From Antedon mediterranea (taxonomy: Eukaryota; Animalia; Echinodermata), in assembly GCF_964355755.1 (NCBI RefSeq), contig NC_092675.1, forward strand, positions 5,823,812 through 5,887,811: 64,000 nt of DNA, given 5' to 3'. The notes beneath the pieces are model-generated. The model did no database searches. It worked only from the letters and a program-made list of their open reading frames with translations, and was not told the DNA's origin. The translations under genes were made by a program, and so were the position numbers. Shown here one piece after another: positions 1-12,033 of the stretch. Each line of letters starts with the position of its first letter. Positions within the stretch are counted from its first letter, which is position 1.

Positions 1-2049
1 AAATATAAGAAATCCATTTACACGTTTGATAATAGAAAATGTGCTTCTGTTGAAATTCATAAAAAATGCATCATGTTGGTGTAATTCTTGTTCAAGAGCT
101 TGGTTTAATGACAAGGCTCCATATTCAGCCATAAATTCGAGATTCCCATCTATTATGCCAAAAACTGATTCTTTGGGAGATATTACAAATGTGTTATCCA
201 AGATATCCAATTCTTTCGGCAGTTCAGAAATCATTAAAAGGTCCTCGTGCATAGTGGAATCTTTCTGAATGTAACGGTACAACTCGTTTCCAAGAGTCAA
301 TATTGTATCAAGGTCTTTGGTGTAAAATTCATTTCCATTCCTCTTTGTAGAATAAAGAATAGCTACAAGACTATTTGCAACACACTGTTTACCACTTGCA
401 AAGCCAAATCTATAATTCCCTTGATTAAAATTACCCTGTGCTACAGTTATATTTTCATTACTATTATATACTTGTAATTCATTTATTGATTGTGTTTTCT
501 GCCTTTTTCGTGTATTTTTTTGTTTTGGTACATCATCGATTATCAATTCTTCCGAAAAATTACTTTTTGTTAAAACTTCAATATCCACATCGATAGTATG
601 TTGGTCACATTTAGGTTTAGTATGGGACCTAATTTTTTCAGTCACTGCTTTTTTGAATCCGTCATCAATTATCAATACTTCATTTTCCTCAAATTCACAA
701 CTTGCACATGTTTGATTTTTATGATCTGTACCATTACTATCAATTATTCTACTTCTGTCATTCATTTTGCTATTATTTTGTGCTTTCGCATCGTCAGTCG
801 CTGTGTTGTCGTTTTCTACAGTACATTCCATTTTAAAATCCTCGTCAGTTTTCGTTTCAGAATTGTCATTATTACCCATGTTCTTTATATCTTTCATAGT
901 ATCGCAATCATTCTTTAAATTCACATTACCTTGTGCTTTTTTGTTATCAATCCTCTTAGTTTTGACAAAACGACCCTTGTTATTTCGTAAACGTTTCGAA
1001 CCACCACCTGATTGTTGTTGTATTCCGTGCGTTACTTTTGTATTTTTCAAATCATCACACATAGGCCTACCACTGTCGTCAATTATTGTTTGTGAATTTC
1101 CCAATATATTCGTTTTACCATTTTCTTTGTTGTATTCTCTGTAAGTAGTTGTATTCATATTCCATTCCATTTTTTTATTATTTTGTCTTTCATAGAAATC
1201 TTTTACACCTTTGCCAATATATTTTACACCTGGTTCTATACTTATACCATTTATAACGCGCTTTCTCCTTTTCTTATTTCCTCTATTTTTACATCTTTTT
1301 TTTCTGTTGTCGGTTCTTTTCTTTGATCTTACTCTGATCCAATCACTACCAAGTAAATCTTCACTTTCTGTTTGTTGACATTTTAATATTGCATTATTAT
1401 AACGTTTTTCTTTATTTTTCGTTAATTCTGGAAAGTCTGAAGTGACAGATTCATCAGGTTCTAGAATCGTATATCTATTGAAATGACAGGGAATACCTAT
1501 TTCGCCAAACATGTTATCAACAAAATTATTATTCCCACACATTGAACAAATCCAAATTACCCGGGAATTACATAGTTTGTCTTCAAAAACATCTCTTACA
1601 CATTTCACATGAAAATATTGACTACAACAGTCACATGTTATGCAATTGTCGTCTACTTTCACTTCAATATTACAGAAATCGCATGTATCATCAAACTCTG
1701 AAGTGACATCTGTACCATAAGATAATATGTTTATGATATCATCAATTATTCCTTTAAATTCTGTTGTATCTTTCATAAATTCACAATTGACATTACCTGT
1801 ATCATCATTTCTGTCGTCTTTGACATTCTCAGTTGAACAGCATTCATCAAGTAGGTCCAAGATGTCATTAACAACTATTTTAAATTCTGCTGTCTTATCC
1901 ATAACTCCATTATTAACATTACCAGTTGTATTGACAAAAATATGCTTTTTACTTGTAACTTCTTTATTCACATTCTTACACAAATAAATTATCATTGTAA
2001 AGATAATCAACAAAAAGATACCAACTAATGTTATGAATTCCATATCCAT
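1..2049 (-). CDS. 5' part of a large transposon-type ORF: PHD finger + peptidase C76 (herpes tegument deubiquitinase-like) domain; probable Helentron protein, continues beyond window start
   Basis: Hand translation from ATG at 2049 is open for 683 codons to position 1. PHD C4HC3 pattern CDFC..CDCC..HVKC..WICSMC at ~1535-1685. C76-like motifs QGNFNQGNYRFGFASGKQCVANSLVA (~360-440), DLDTILTLGNELY, ISELP and a terminal GFLIF, where the catalytic D-x-H would be expected next, off-window. Confidence 0.85.
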   Translation of the reverse strand, partial: MDMEFITLVGIFLLIIFTMIIYLCKNVNKEVTSKKHIFVNTTGNVNNGVMDKTAEFKIVVNDILDLLDECCSTENVKDDRNDDTGNVNCEFMKDTTEFKGIIDDIINILSYGTDVTSEFDDTCDFCNIEVKVDDNCITCDCCSQYFHVKCVRDVFEDKLCNSRVIWICSMCGNNNFVDNMFGEIGIPCHFNRYTILEPDESVTSDFPELTKNKEKRYNNAILKCQQTESEDLLGSDWIRVRSKKRTDNRKKRCKNRGNKKRRKRVINGISIEPGVKYIGKGVKDFYERQNNKKMEWNMNTTTYREYNKENGKTNILGNSQTIIDDSGRPMCDDLKNTKVTHGIQQQSGGGSKRLRNNKGRFVKTKRIDNKKAQGNVNLKNDCDTMKDIKNMGNNDNSETKTDEDFKMECTVENDNTATDDAKAQNNSKMNDRSRIIDSNGTDHKNQTCASCEFEENEVLIIDDGFKKAVTEKIRSHTKPKCDQHTIDVDIEVLTKSNFSEELIIDDVPKQKNTRKRQKTQSINELQVYNSNENITVAQGNFNQGNYRFGFASGKQCVANSLVAILYSTKRNGNEFYTKDLDTILTLGNELYRYIQKDSTMHEDLLMISELPKELDILDNTFVISPKESVFGIIDGNLEFMAEYGALSLNQALEQELHQHDAFFMNFNRSTFSIIKRVNGFLIF

Positions 2050-2837
2050 TATTCAAAATTTGTATAACAAGTTTCTTCAAATTAATAAACTTTTTTTACA
2101 AATTAAATTAAAATGTATTCTGCAATTCCAAAGAATATTACAATTAGGTTCTTTTTATCAATTCAAACTTCTAAAAAGAAATCCTTGCTACAACAAAATA
2201 AATTATTAAAAATTACAAAAACAATTCAACTTTATATTGTCTTTTGTTTCTATGACTTTTAACTTTTGTCCTAATTTCTTTTCTCTTTGTCAATATTTTT
2301 TATGGTCTGCTTTTTTTCAATAATTCGATTATACAATTTCACTGAATACAAAAATATAGCTTCTATTTAATATTGGCTTGATGAAATACTTAATATTAAT
2401 TTAAACTTCTCTGTAATACTTGGTTATGCTAAATAGTTTAAGATTGTAATTTTTATTCTTTTGACAATTCTACTTAATAACAGATTCAAATAAAAGTGAT
2501 CTTTAAATCTTCTTTAATTTATTCTTTTGTAATAAGCTTCTGTTTTATTCTTCGAACTTTCTGCAAAAAAGGTTTTGAAATAAACTTCGGTTTATCTTCA
2601 AGGTTTCAGTGAATGTTTGCAAAAATGGTCTTGAAATAAACTTCGGTTTATCTTCAAGGTTTTACAAGATGTTTTACAAAATGGTTACAGATAATTGTGC
2701 ATAATGGTTACAGATAATTGAACATAGATTTTCAAATTCGGTAACCCCTCGTAGATTCTCTCTTCGGAGAGAAGGATCTTTTTCTAAAGACCCAGATCTC
2801 TTCTGAGATCCAGTGGGTTTATACAAGACAGTCACCT

Positions 2838-5662
2838 ACAATAAAAGAAAAAAAAAAGAGTTAGTTATTGATTTTAAGATACACTGTACTAAGAATTCCA
2901 GTCGAAGAATTATATATTGAATCAGTAAATAAATCAGTGTATTTACAAATAGCTAAATAATATTATACACATCCCCCTTGTGGAATGTAACATGATCTAT
3001 TGAGCCTAGCAAACCAAATTAGGACCAACTCACTACTAAATTCAGGATAGACCCATTTTATAAATTGTAAGTATATGCCTGGAGAAACTGACCACCACAT
3101 TTATGTTAAAAAGGATGATTGTCCTAAATTTTTAAGTCAATTGTGATAATATATTTATGACTTTGGTTTATACAATATAACTAAATCACTATAGAAGATA
3201 TTGTGACCTAAAAATATGTCAAAAATTCATTATATGGAATATGTCGGAAACAAATTCTTTCACCTTCACAATTTTTCAACTTCCTGCGAAATCAACTTGT
3301 ATTTGTTTTGCTTTTAATCAAATACTTGTATAAAATGATAATTCACATACATTTTTATATTGTAATATTAAATAAAGGCCTTTTTTTTTTTTTTTTTTAA
3401 TTTCATTTCAACACATACATACTAGGCCTTTATATTAAATAAAGTCCTAGTATAAACATATAATCTGAAAATAGGTTTAATTATTCAATGTTCTAATATA
3501 ATAGAATTTTATACACAAAAATATTTGGTCACTCAGTATTGTAAATTTACAGACAACACATGTTTATCAATTAAGGGAGGGCATCAAGTAAGGAAAATAT
3601 GTTTTTTATGTTTTACAGATAATTTTCTAATACTCACAGCTGTAACTGACACTGTATATTTTCTGTACAACTACAATCTAAAAAATAAAAGGAAAATCAT
3701 TAATAATGGCAATAAACAACATTAACACTTTTTCAAAATCAACATGCTTCTTAATCTAAAAATTAAGAATTTTCCTCAAAATGACTTTAGGTATGGGCCG
3801 GTTGATTGGGGTCTACATGTTTTCTCAATACTAATTTCATTTAATATCTTATTCACAAACAATAAAATTAGAATAGAATTAAGTAAATTTTTCATAATAG
3901 AAAATGCCTACAAAATAAAAGGCAACAGTTCACAAAGTAAGGAAAATATGTTTTCTCCGTTTAACAGATAATCTACTAATACTCACAGCTGTAGCTGACA
4001 CTGTATATTTTCTACAATCTAAAAAAAAACAAGGAAAAACATTATTAACGACAATAAACAACATTAACACTTTTTCCAAATCAACAAGTTTCTTAATCAA
4101 TGTCTGAAAAATTAAGTAATTTCCTCAAAATGACTTTGGGTATGAGACAGCTGATTAGGGCCTACATGTTGTCTCAATGCTAATTTCATTTAATATTTTA
4201 TTCACAAACCATAAATCTGAATTATGTAAATGTTTCATAATAGAAAATGCCTACAAAATAACAGGCACAAAGTAAAGAAAATAAGTTTTATCCGTTTAAC
4301 AGATAATCTACTAATACTCACAGCTGTAGCTGACACTGTATATGTTCTATCAATCTAAAAAAAAACAAGGAAAAACATTAATAATTGGTAATAAACAACA
4401 TTAACACTTTTTCCAAATCAACAAGCTTCTTAATCAATGACTGAAAAATGAAGAAATTTCCTCAAAATGACGTTGGGTATAAGACGGCTGGTTAGGGCCT
4501 ACATGTTGTCTCAATGCTAATTTCATTTAATATTTTATTCACAAAAAATAAAATCTGAATTATGTAAATGTTTCATAATAGAAAATGCCTACAAAATAAC
4601 AGGCAACAGTTCACAAAGTAAGGAAAATATGTTTTCCCTTTGTTAACAGATAATCTACTAATACTCACACAGCTGTAGCTGACACTATATTTTCTACAAT
4701 CTTAAAAAAAACAAGGAAAAACATTAATAATGGTAATAAACAACATTAACACTTTTTCCAAATCAACATGCTTCTTAATCAATGACTGAGAAATGAAGAA
4801 ATTTCCTCAAAATGACTTTGGGTATGAAACGGCTGATTGGGGCCTACATGTTGTCTCAATGCTAATTTCATTTTATTTTATTCACCAACAATAAAATCTG
4901 AATTATGTAAATGTTTCATAATAGAAAATGCCTACAAAATAACAGGCAACAGTTCACTCCCTATCATGAAACCATTAATCATCTCTACAAACTATTTATT
5001 TTATATACACTACTTACGATATTCTAGAGATACTAAAGTAGAGACAATTGTGTATCTCTTCCAACAGCTACAAGACAAAAATATATTATTATTATTATAA
5101 ATATCAATACAAATTGTGATCACAGCCACAATATTTGTAACAATGACAGGTGCGAAAGGGAACTGCACTGGCCTACACTACTACTACTAGGACTACTGGA
5201 CTAGCGTAAGCCTATAGACAACATGCTATTGTAAGAAGCACGAATCATTGTTTCTTCTCTTTAAGAATTTATACAACTAAAAATTAAGCTAGAGTTAATA
5301 TATAAGCCATCCCATGTGCAAAAGGGAACTAGCGCCGTTTAGTCCTACTAAAAACAACAAGTGCTCTTGTACAGGCTAGGCCTAGGTACACTGTGTACCA
5401 GACATATTTGTGCGTATATTTACCGGGACCGTATTTAACATACACATACATGGCCATACACGATTGTCGTGCTGCTACGAAAGCCATCGGGCTGAAAAAC
5501 GTCACGACGTTTGCCATCTCTGAAACTACAGACATCCTTCTTCCGTACGGTGTATACAAACACAGCAGGCCTCTACTCTATATCTATAGTAGGCTAGGGT
5601 ATCGTTAGTAAGTAGCAATTACAAAACAACTACAAATCAAACAATCCACATAATTTCTTACC
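2838..5662 (-). other. Putative 5'-UTR intron of the transposon ORF
   Basis: Minus-strand donor-like AG|GTAAG near 5657-5664 and acceptor-like CTAAC..poly-T..TTGTAG|G near 2836-2866. Inference only. Confidence 0.4.
3585..4957. repeat. Tandem repeat, ~340 bp unit x ~4
   Basis: ACAGATAATyTwCTAATACTCACAGCTGTA recurs at ~3615, ~3964, ~4298, ~4645 with colinear flanks. Confidence 0.9.
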
Positions 5663-6102
5663 TATTTCTTATAGTATATCAATTCTAAACAAACTTGAGT
5701 TTGTTATTTATTTATTTAATCGTTGAAGTTCGACGATATAAAATGGTATTTGTAACAGTATTATCAGAGAACGACTCTTAAAAACCAACATGGAGTTTAC
5801 CAACGACATACCACAACACAACACGTTGTCGAATTTTCTCGAAATTCAGTTCACCTACAGTATGGCATGCAATCCTTGCCAAAATTACCAATATTCTTTA
5901 TATCAAACCAACAGTGTAAAACACCAATAACAGGTTGAAAATAAAAGCTAAACTATAAAATATGAGCCAATATAATATATACAAATATGTAACGAATAAC
6001 GAAAATTAGTTTTCACGTAAGACCTATGTATTATACGTGTATATTAGACGTTGCGTTTTCGCGGATAACCTAACTCGTCCGCAGTGACGAGTTCAAATCT
6101 AG

Positions 6103-9100
6103 TTGGTTATCCGCACTTGGCGGATAACCCCTTGTTATTGTCAGGATCTTTTTTTTTTTCTTTTTTTTTTTCTATGTTCTTCTTTCTTTCCACGATTTTT
6201 GTTCGCAGCGTATCTCTAATTTTGGCCAACATATGATTGTATAACTTTGTCAAAAGATTGCTCTGTAGCTGTAGATGTGCAACAAACTTTTTTTTTTTAA
6301 TTTTGAGTCGCGCAGCGTAAGCTACGCGCGATTTTATGAATTTCGCGTATTTAACATAGACTAAAAAGCAAAAGTCATTTTGTAATGACACTTGGTGAAC
6401 ATTTAAGTCATATCAAGGGCAAACTTTCTATGGATTAAAAATGGCATGTTGGACATAAAGTTACGCGCGCACGCGCGTTTAAAATTTCAAGTTGCGAAAA
6501 ATTCATTTCTAATCAACTTTCTACGCGTTTCAGGTCATTTTGAGCTTTTCAAAAATTCCCACGCGTGCGCATATTTTTTAGGCGCGCGTGCGCACGTAGC
6601 GCAAAAACATCTTTTTTTTGCTTGATTTTTGTTTTTTCAGCCTTTTCTAGTACATTTACCAATTTTCAATGAATTTCGACTTAAAATCACGTCATACGAG
6701 CACGTAGAATTGAACAATTTGCGCGCGTTTTTGATGAAAAAGTTCAAAAATTTGTGAAAATTATGCCTTTTTTTAAAAAGTCATAGATTCTAAACTCAGA
6801 GGTGAAAATATTTAAAATTTCCGATTCTGGAAGTAGATGAGTTGTTTTTCTCGAATCATGCATTGATATGGCTAACCAGACATTGTGACGTCATCGTATG
6901 GCCACCCGAATATAAAATATAGGATTTTTTTCTCTTTCGTCATAGCTCGTCAATTTAATAGAGCGCATCTCTACTTATCCTTATTCCATTTCACTCAATT
7001 TTTTTATATTGTCTAGATCAATCAATTACCTTTCGCATGATCCACCATTTTAAAAATTGTGATGACGTCATCATGTTCAAATGCGTCAATAACTTTGGTC
7101 ACTTATTTTCACCTATTCTGCACTGTATGTAGTACGTATACAGTATATAGTGTTATACCGTATATACTTAGACGCGACGCAACATAGAGAGCGCACTAAC
7201 ATTTTTCAATGCATGCCATAATCGTTTTATTTTTTTGCGCGCACTATTCTAACGTATGACGTGCACGTGGCTTTTGCGCTGCGGATAACCTAACTCGTCC
7301 GTAGTGACGAGTTCAAATCTAGTATTTATTTGTTTCTTTCCACCCTTCTCTCCCATTTTTTGTTGGCAGCGTATCTCTAATTCTGGCCAATATAAAATTG
7401 TGTAACTTTGTCACAAGATTGACCTAAATCTGTAGATGTGCAAGAAACTATTTTTTTTTATTTTCGAGTCGCGCAGCCTAAGTTACGCGCGATTTTATGA
7501 ATTTCAATGATTGATCATAGAATAAAAACTAAAAGTAGTTTTGTATTTAAACTTGGTGAAAATTTAAGATATATCAAGCGCAAACTTTCTATTGATTAAA
7601 AATGGCATGTTTTACAGACAGCTACGCGCGCACGCGCGTTTAAAATTTCAAAATGCGTAAAATCAATTTCTAATCAACTTTCTACGCGTTTCATGTCATT
7701 TTGAGCATTTCAAAAATTCCCAGGCGTGCGCAATTTTTTTACGCGCGCGTGCGCAAGTAGCGCAAAAACATCATTTTTTTGCTTGATTTTTGTTTTTCCT
7801 GTCTTTCTTTAGTAAATTTACCTACTTTCAAACAATTTCGACTTAAAATCACGTCATACGAGCACGTAGAATTAAACAATTTACGCGCATTTTTGATGAA
7901 AATGTACAAAAATTTGTGAAAATTATGCCTTTTTTTAAACAGTCATAGATTCTAAACTCCGTGGTGAACATTTTTAAAATTTCAGATTCTGGAAGTAAAT
8001 GAGTTGTAGATATCAAATCATGTATCGATATGGCTAACCGGACATTATGACGTCCTCGTATGGCCACTCGAATATAAAATATAGGATTTTTGTCTCTTTC
8101 GCATAACTCATCACATTTAATAGAGCGCATCTCCACTTATCCGTATTCCATTTCCCCCCATTTTGTTATATTATCTAGGCCAATCAATTATCTTTCGCAT
8201 AATCTACCCTTTTTTAAATTGTGATGACGTCATCATGTCCAAAAGAGTCAATAACTTGGGTCCCTTATTTTCACCTATTCTGCTCTGTATGTAGTAAGTA
8301 TACAGTATATAGTGTATACCGTATATACTCAGACGTGACGCAAAATAGAGAGAGCGCTAGCATTTTATCAATGGCATAATCGTTTTTCTGCGCGCAATAT
8401 TCTAGCGTAATGACGTGCACGTGGCTTTTGCGCTGCGGATAACCTAACTCGTCCGTAGTGACGAGTTCAAGTCTAGTTGGTTATCCGCACTTGGCGGATA
8501 ACCTCTTGTTATTGTCAGGATCTTTTTGGTTATCCGCACTTGGCGGATAACCCCTTGTTATTGTCACGATCTTTTTTTTTTTCTTTTTTTTTTTCTATGT
8601 TCTTCTTTCTTTCCACGATTTTTGTTCGCAGCCTATCTCTAATTCTGGCCAACATATGATTGTATAACTTTGTTAAAAGATTGCTCTGTTGCTGTAGATG
8701 TGCAAGAAACTTTTTTTTTTAAATTTCGAGTCGCGCAGCGTAAGTTACGCGCGATTTTATGAATTTTAATGATTGATCATAGATTAAAAACCAAAAGTTA
8801 TTTTCTATTGAAACTTGGTGAAAATTTAAGTTATATCATGCGCAAACTTTCTATGGATTAAAAATGGCATGTTTCAATAAAGTTACGCGCGCACGCGCGT
8901 TCAAAATTTCAAAATGCGCTAAATTCATTTCTAATCAACTTTCTACGCGTTTCATGTCATTTTGAGCATTTCAAAAATTCCTACGCGTGGGCAATATTTT
9001 TACGCGCGCGTGCGCACGCAGCGCAAAAACATATTTTTTTTGCTTGATTTTTGATTTTTCAGCCTTCTCTAGTAATTTTACCAACTTTCAAACAATTTCG

Positions 9101-12033
9101 ACTTAAAATCACGTCATACGAGCACGTAAAATTAAACAATTTGTGCGCGTTTTTGAAAAAAAATTTCAAAATTGTGTCAAAATTATACCTTTTTTGAACA
9201 TTCATAGATTTTAAACTACATGGTGAATTTTATTTTTTTTTACATATTCTGAAAGAAGATGAGTTGTAGATATAGAATCATGCATCGATTAAGCTAACCG
9301 GACATTTTGACGTCATGGTATGGCCACTCGAATATCAAACATAGGATTTTTGTCTCTTTCGTCATAGCTCATCATATTTAATAGAGCGCATCTCCACTTA
9401 TCCGTATTTCATTTCCCTCCATTTCTCTATATTGTCTAGGTCAATCAATTATCTTTCGCATGATTCACAATTTTAAAAATTGTTATTACGTCATCATGTG
9501 CAAAATCGTCAATAACTTTGGTCAATTATTTTCACCTATTCTGAACTGTATGTAGTACGTATACAGTATATAGCGTATACCGTATACACTTTGACGTGAC
9601 GCAAAATAGAAAGCGCACTAAGATTTTTTTCAATGGCATAATCGTTTTTCTGCGCGAAATATTTTAACGTATGACGTGCACGTGGCTTTTGCGCTGCGGA
9701 TAACCTAACTCGTCCGTAGTGACGAGTTCAAATCTAGTTTTTCTATGTTCTTCTTTCTTTCCACGATTTTTGTTCGCAGCGTATCTCTAATTCTGGGCAA
9801 CATATGATTGTATAACTTTGTCAAAAGATTGCCCTGTAGCTGTAGATGTGCAAGAAACTTTTTTTTTTGAATTACGAGTCGCGCAGCGTAAGTTACGCGC
9901 GATTTTGTGAATTTCAATGATTGATCATAGAATAAAAACTAAAAGTCATTTTGTATTGAAACTTGGGGAACATTTAAGTCACATAATGCGCAAACTTTCT
10001 ATGGATTAAAAATGGCATGTTTTACAAAAAGTTACGCGCGCACGCGAGTTTAAAATTTCAAAATGCGAAAAATTAATTTCTAATCAACTTTCTACGCGTT
10101 TCATGTCATTTTGAGCATTTCAAAAATTCCCACGCGTGCGCATTTTTTTTACGCCCGCGTGCGCATATAGCGCAAAAACTTCATTTTTTTGCTTGATTTT
10201 TGTTTTTCCTGTCTTTTTTAGTAAATTTACCAACTTTCAAACAATTTCGACATAAAATCACGTCATACGAGCACGTAGAATTAAACAATTTACGCGCATT
10301 TTTGATGAAAAAGTTCAAAAATTTGTCAACATTATGCCTTTTTTTAAACAGTCATAGATTCTAAACTACGTGGTGAACTTTTTTAAAATTACATATTCTG
10401 AATGTAGATGAGTTGTAGATATAGAATCATGCATCGATTTGGCTAACCGGACATTGTGACGTCATCGTATGGCCACACGAATATCAAATATAGGATTTTT
10501 GTCTCTTTCGTCATAGCTCATCACATTTAATAGAGCGCATCTCCACTTATCCGTATTCCATTTTCCCCCATTTTTATATATTGCCTAGGTCAATCAATTA
10601 TCTTTCGAATGATTCACCATTTTTATAATTGTTATGACGTCATCATGTCCAAAAGCGTCAATAACTTTGGTCACTTATTTTCACCTATTCTGCACTGTAT
10701 GTAGTACGTATACATTATATAGTGTATACCGTATATACTCAGACGTGACGCAAAATAGCGCGCTAACATTTTTTAAATGGCGTAATCGTTTTTCTGCGCG
10801 CAATATTCTAACTTATATCGTGCGCGTGGCTTGTGTGCTGCGGATAACCTAACTCGTACGTAGTGACGAGTTCAAATCTAGTATTTATTTCTTTCTTTCC
10901 ACACTTCTCTCCCATTTTTTGTGGGCAGCGTATCTCTAATTCTAGCCAACAGAAGATTGTATAACTTTGTCAAAAGATTGCCCTATATCTGTAGATGTGC
11001 AAGAAACTTTTTTTTTCAAATTTCGAGTCGCGCAGCGTAAGTTACGCGCGATTTTATGAATTTCAATTATTGATCATAGATTAAAAACCAAAAGTCATTT
11101 TGTATTGAAACTTGGTGAAAATTTAAGTCATATGAAGCGCAAACTTTCTGTAGATTAAATATGGCAGGTTGCGCAAAAAGTTACGCGCGCACGCGCGTTT
11201 AAAATTTCAAAATGCGAAAAATCAATTTCTAATCAACTTTCTACGCGTTTCATGTCATTTTGAGCATTTCAAAAATTCCCACGCTTGCGCACTTTTCTTA
11301 CGCGCACGTGCGCACGTAGCGCAAAAACATCTTTTTTTTGCTTGATTTTTGTTTTTTCTGTCTTTTATAATAAATTTATCAACTTTCAATCAATTTTGCC
11401 TTAAAATCTCGTCATACGAGCACGTAGAATTAAACAATTTGCGCGCAATTTTGATAAAAAAGTCTAAAAATTTGTCAAAATTATGCCTTTTTTTAAACAG
11501 TCATAGATTCTAAACTACGTGGTGAACTTTTTTGTAATTACATATTCTGGTAGTAGATGAGTTGTAGATATCGATTCATGTATCAATATGGCTAACAGTA
11601 CATTGTGACGTCATCGTATGGCTACTCGAATATAAAATATAGGATTTTTTTCTCTTTCGTATAGCTCATCACATTTAATAGAGCGCATCTCCTGTTATCC
11701 GTATTCCATTGCCCTCCATTTCTTTATATTGTCTAGGTCAATCAATTATCTTTCGCATGATTAACCATTTTAGAAATTGTGATGACGTCATCATGTCCAA
11801 AAGCGTCAATAACTTTGGTCACTTATTTTCACCTATTCTGCACTGTATGTAGTACGTATACAGTATATAGCGTATACCGTATATATTCAGACGTGACGAA
11901 AAATAGAGAGCACACTGAAATTGTTTCAATGACTTAATGGTTTTTCTGCGCGCAATATTTTAATGTATGACGTGCACGTGGCCTTTGCGCTGCGGATAAC
12001 CTAACTCGTCCGTAGTGACGAGTTCAAATCTAG
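6103..12033 (+). mobile_element. Five tandem/nested non-autonomous Helentron-like units, subfamily 1 (~1.15-1.26 kb each)
   Basis: Colinear units ending GCGGATAACCTAACTCGTCCGTAGTGACGAGTTCAAATCTAG at 7322, 8476, 9737, 10881, 12033. Head GGTTATCCGC-acttg-GCGGATAAC at 6105, 8479 and 8528. No TSD; junctions at T. Confidence 0.85.

Larger units (their letters stand above)
1..6102 (-). mobile_element. Terminal part of putative autonomous Helentron/Helitron2-type element
   Basis: Contains the PHD/C76 ORF. Ends at 6061-6102 in GCGGATAACC-TAA-CTCGTC-cgcagt-GACGAG-ttcaaat-CTAG followed by TT, the same subTIR+hairpin terminus as the downstream non-autonomous units. Rep/helicase domains are not in the window. 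Confidence 0.65.

Noticed and set aside
26-1987. Plus-strand ORFs listed at 26-1987
   Set aside because: Antisense shadows of the long minus-strand PHD/C76 ORF, with no recognisable motifs.
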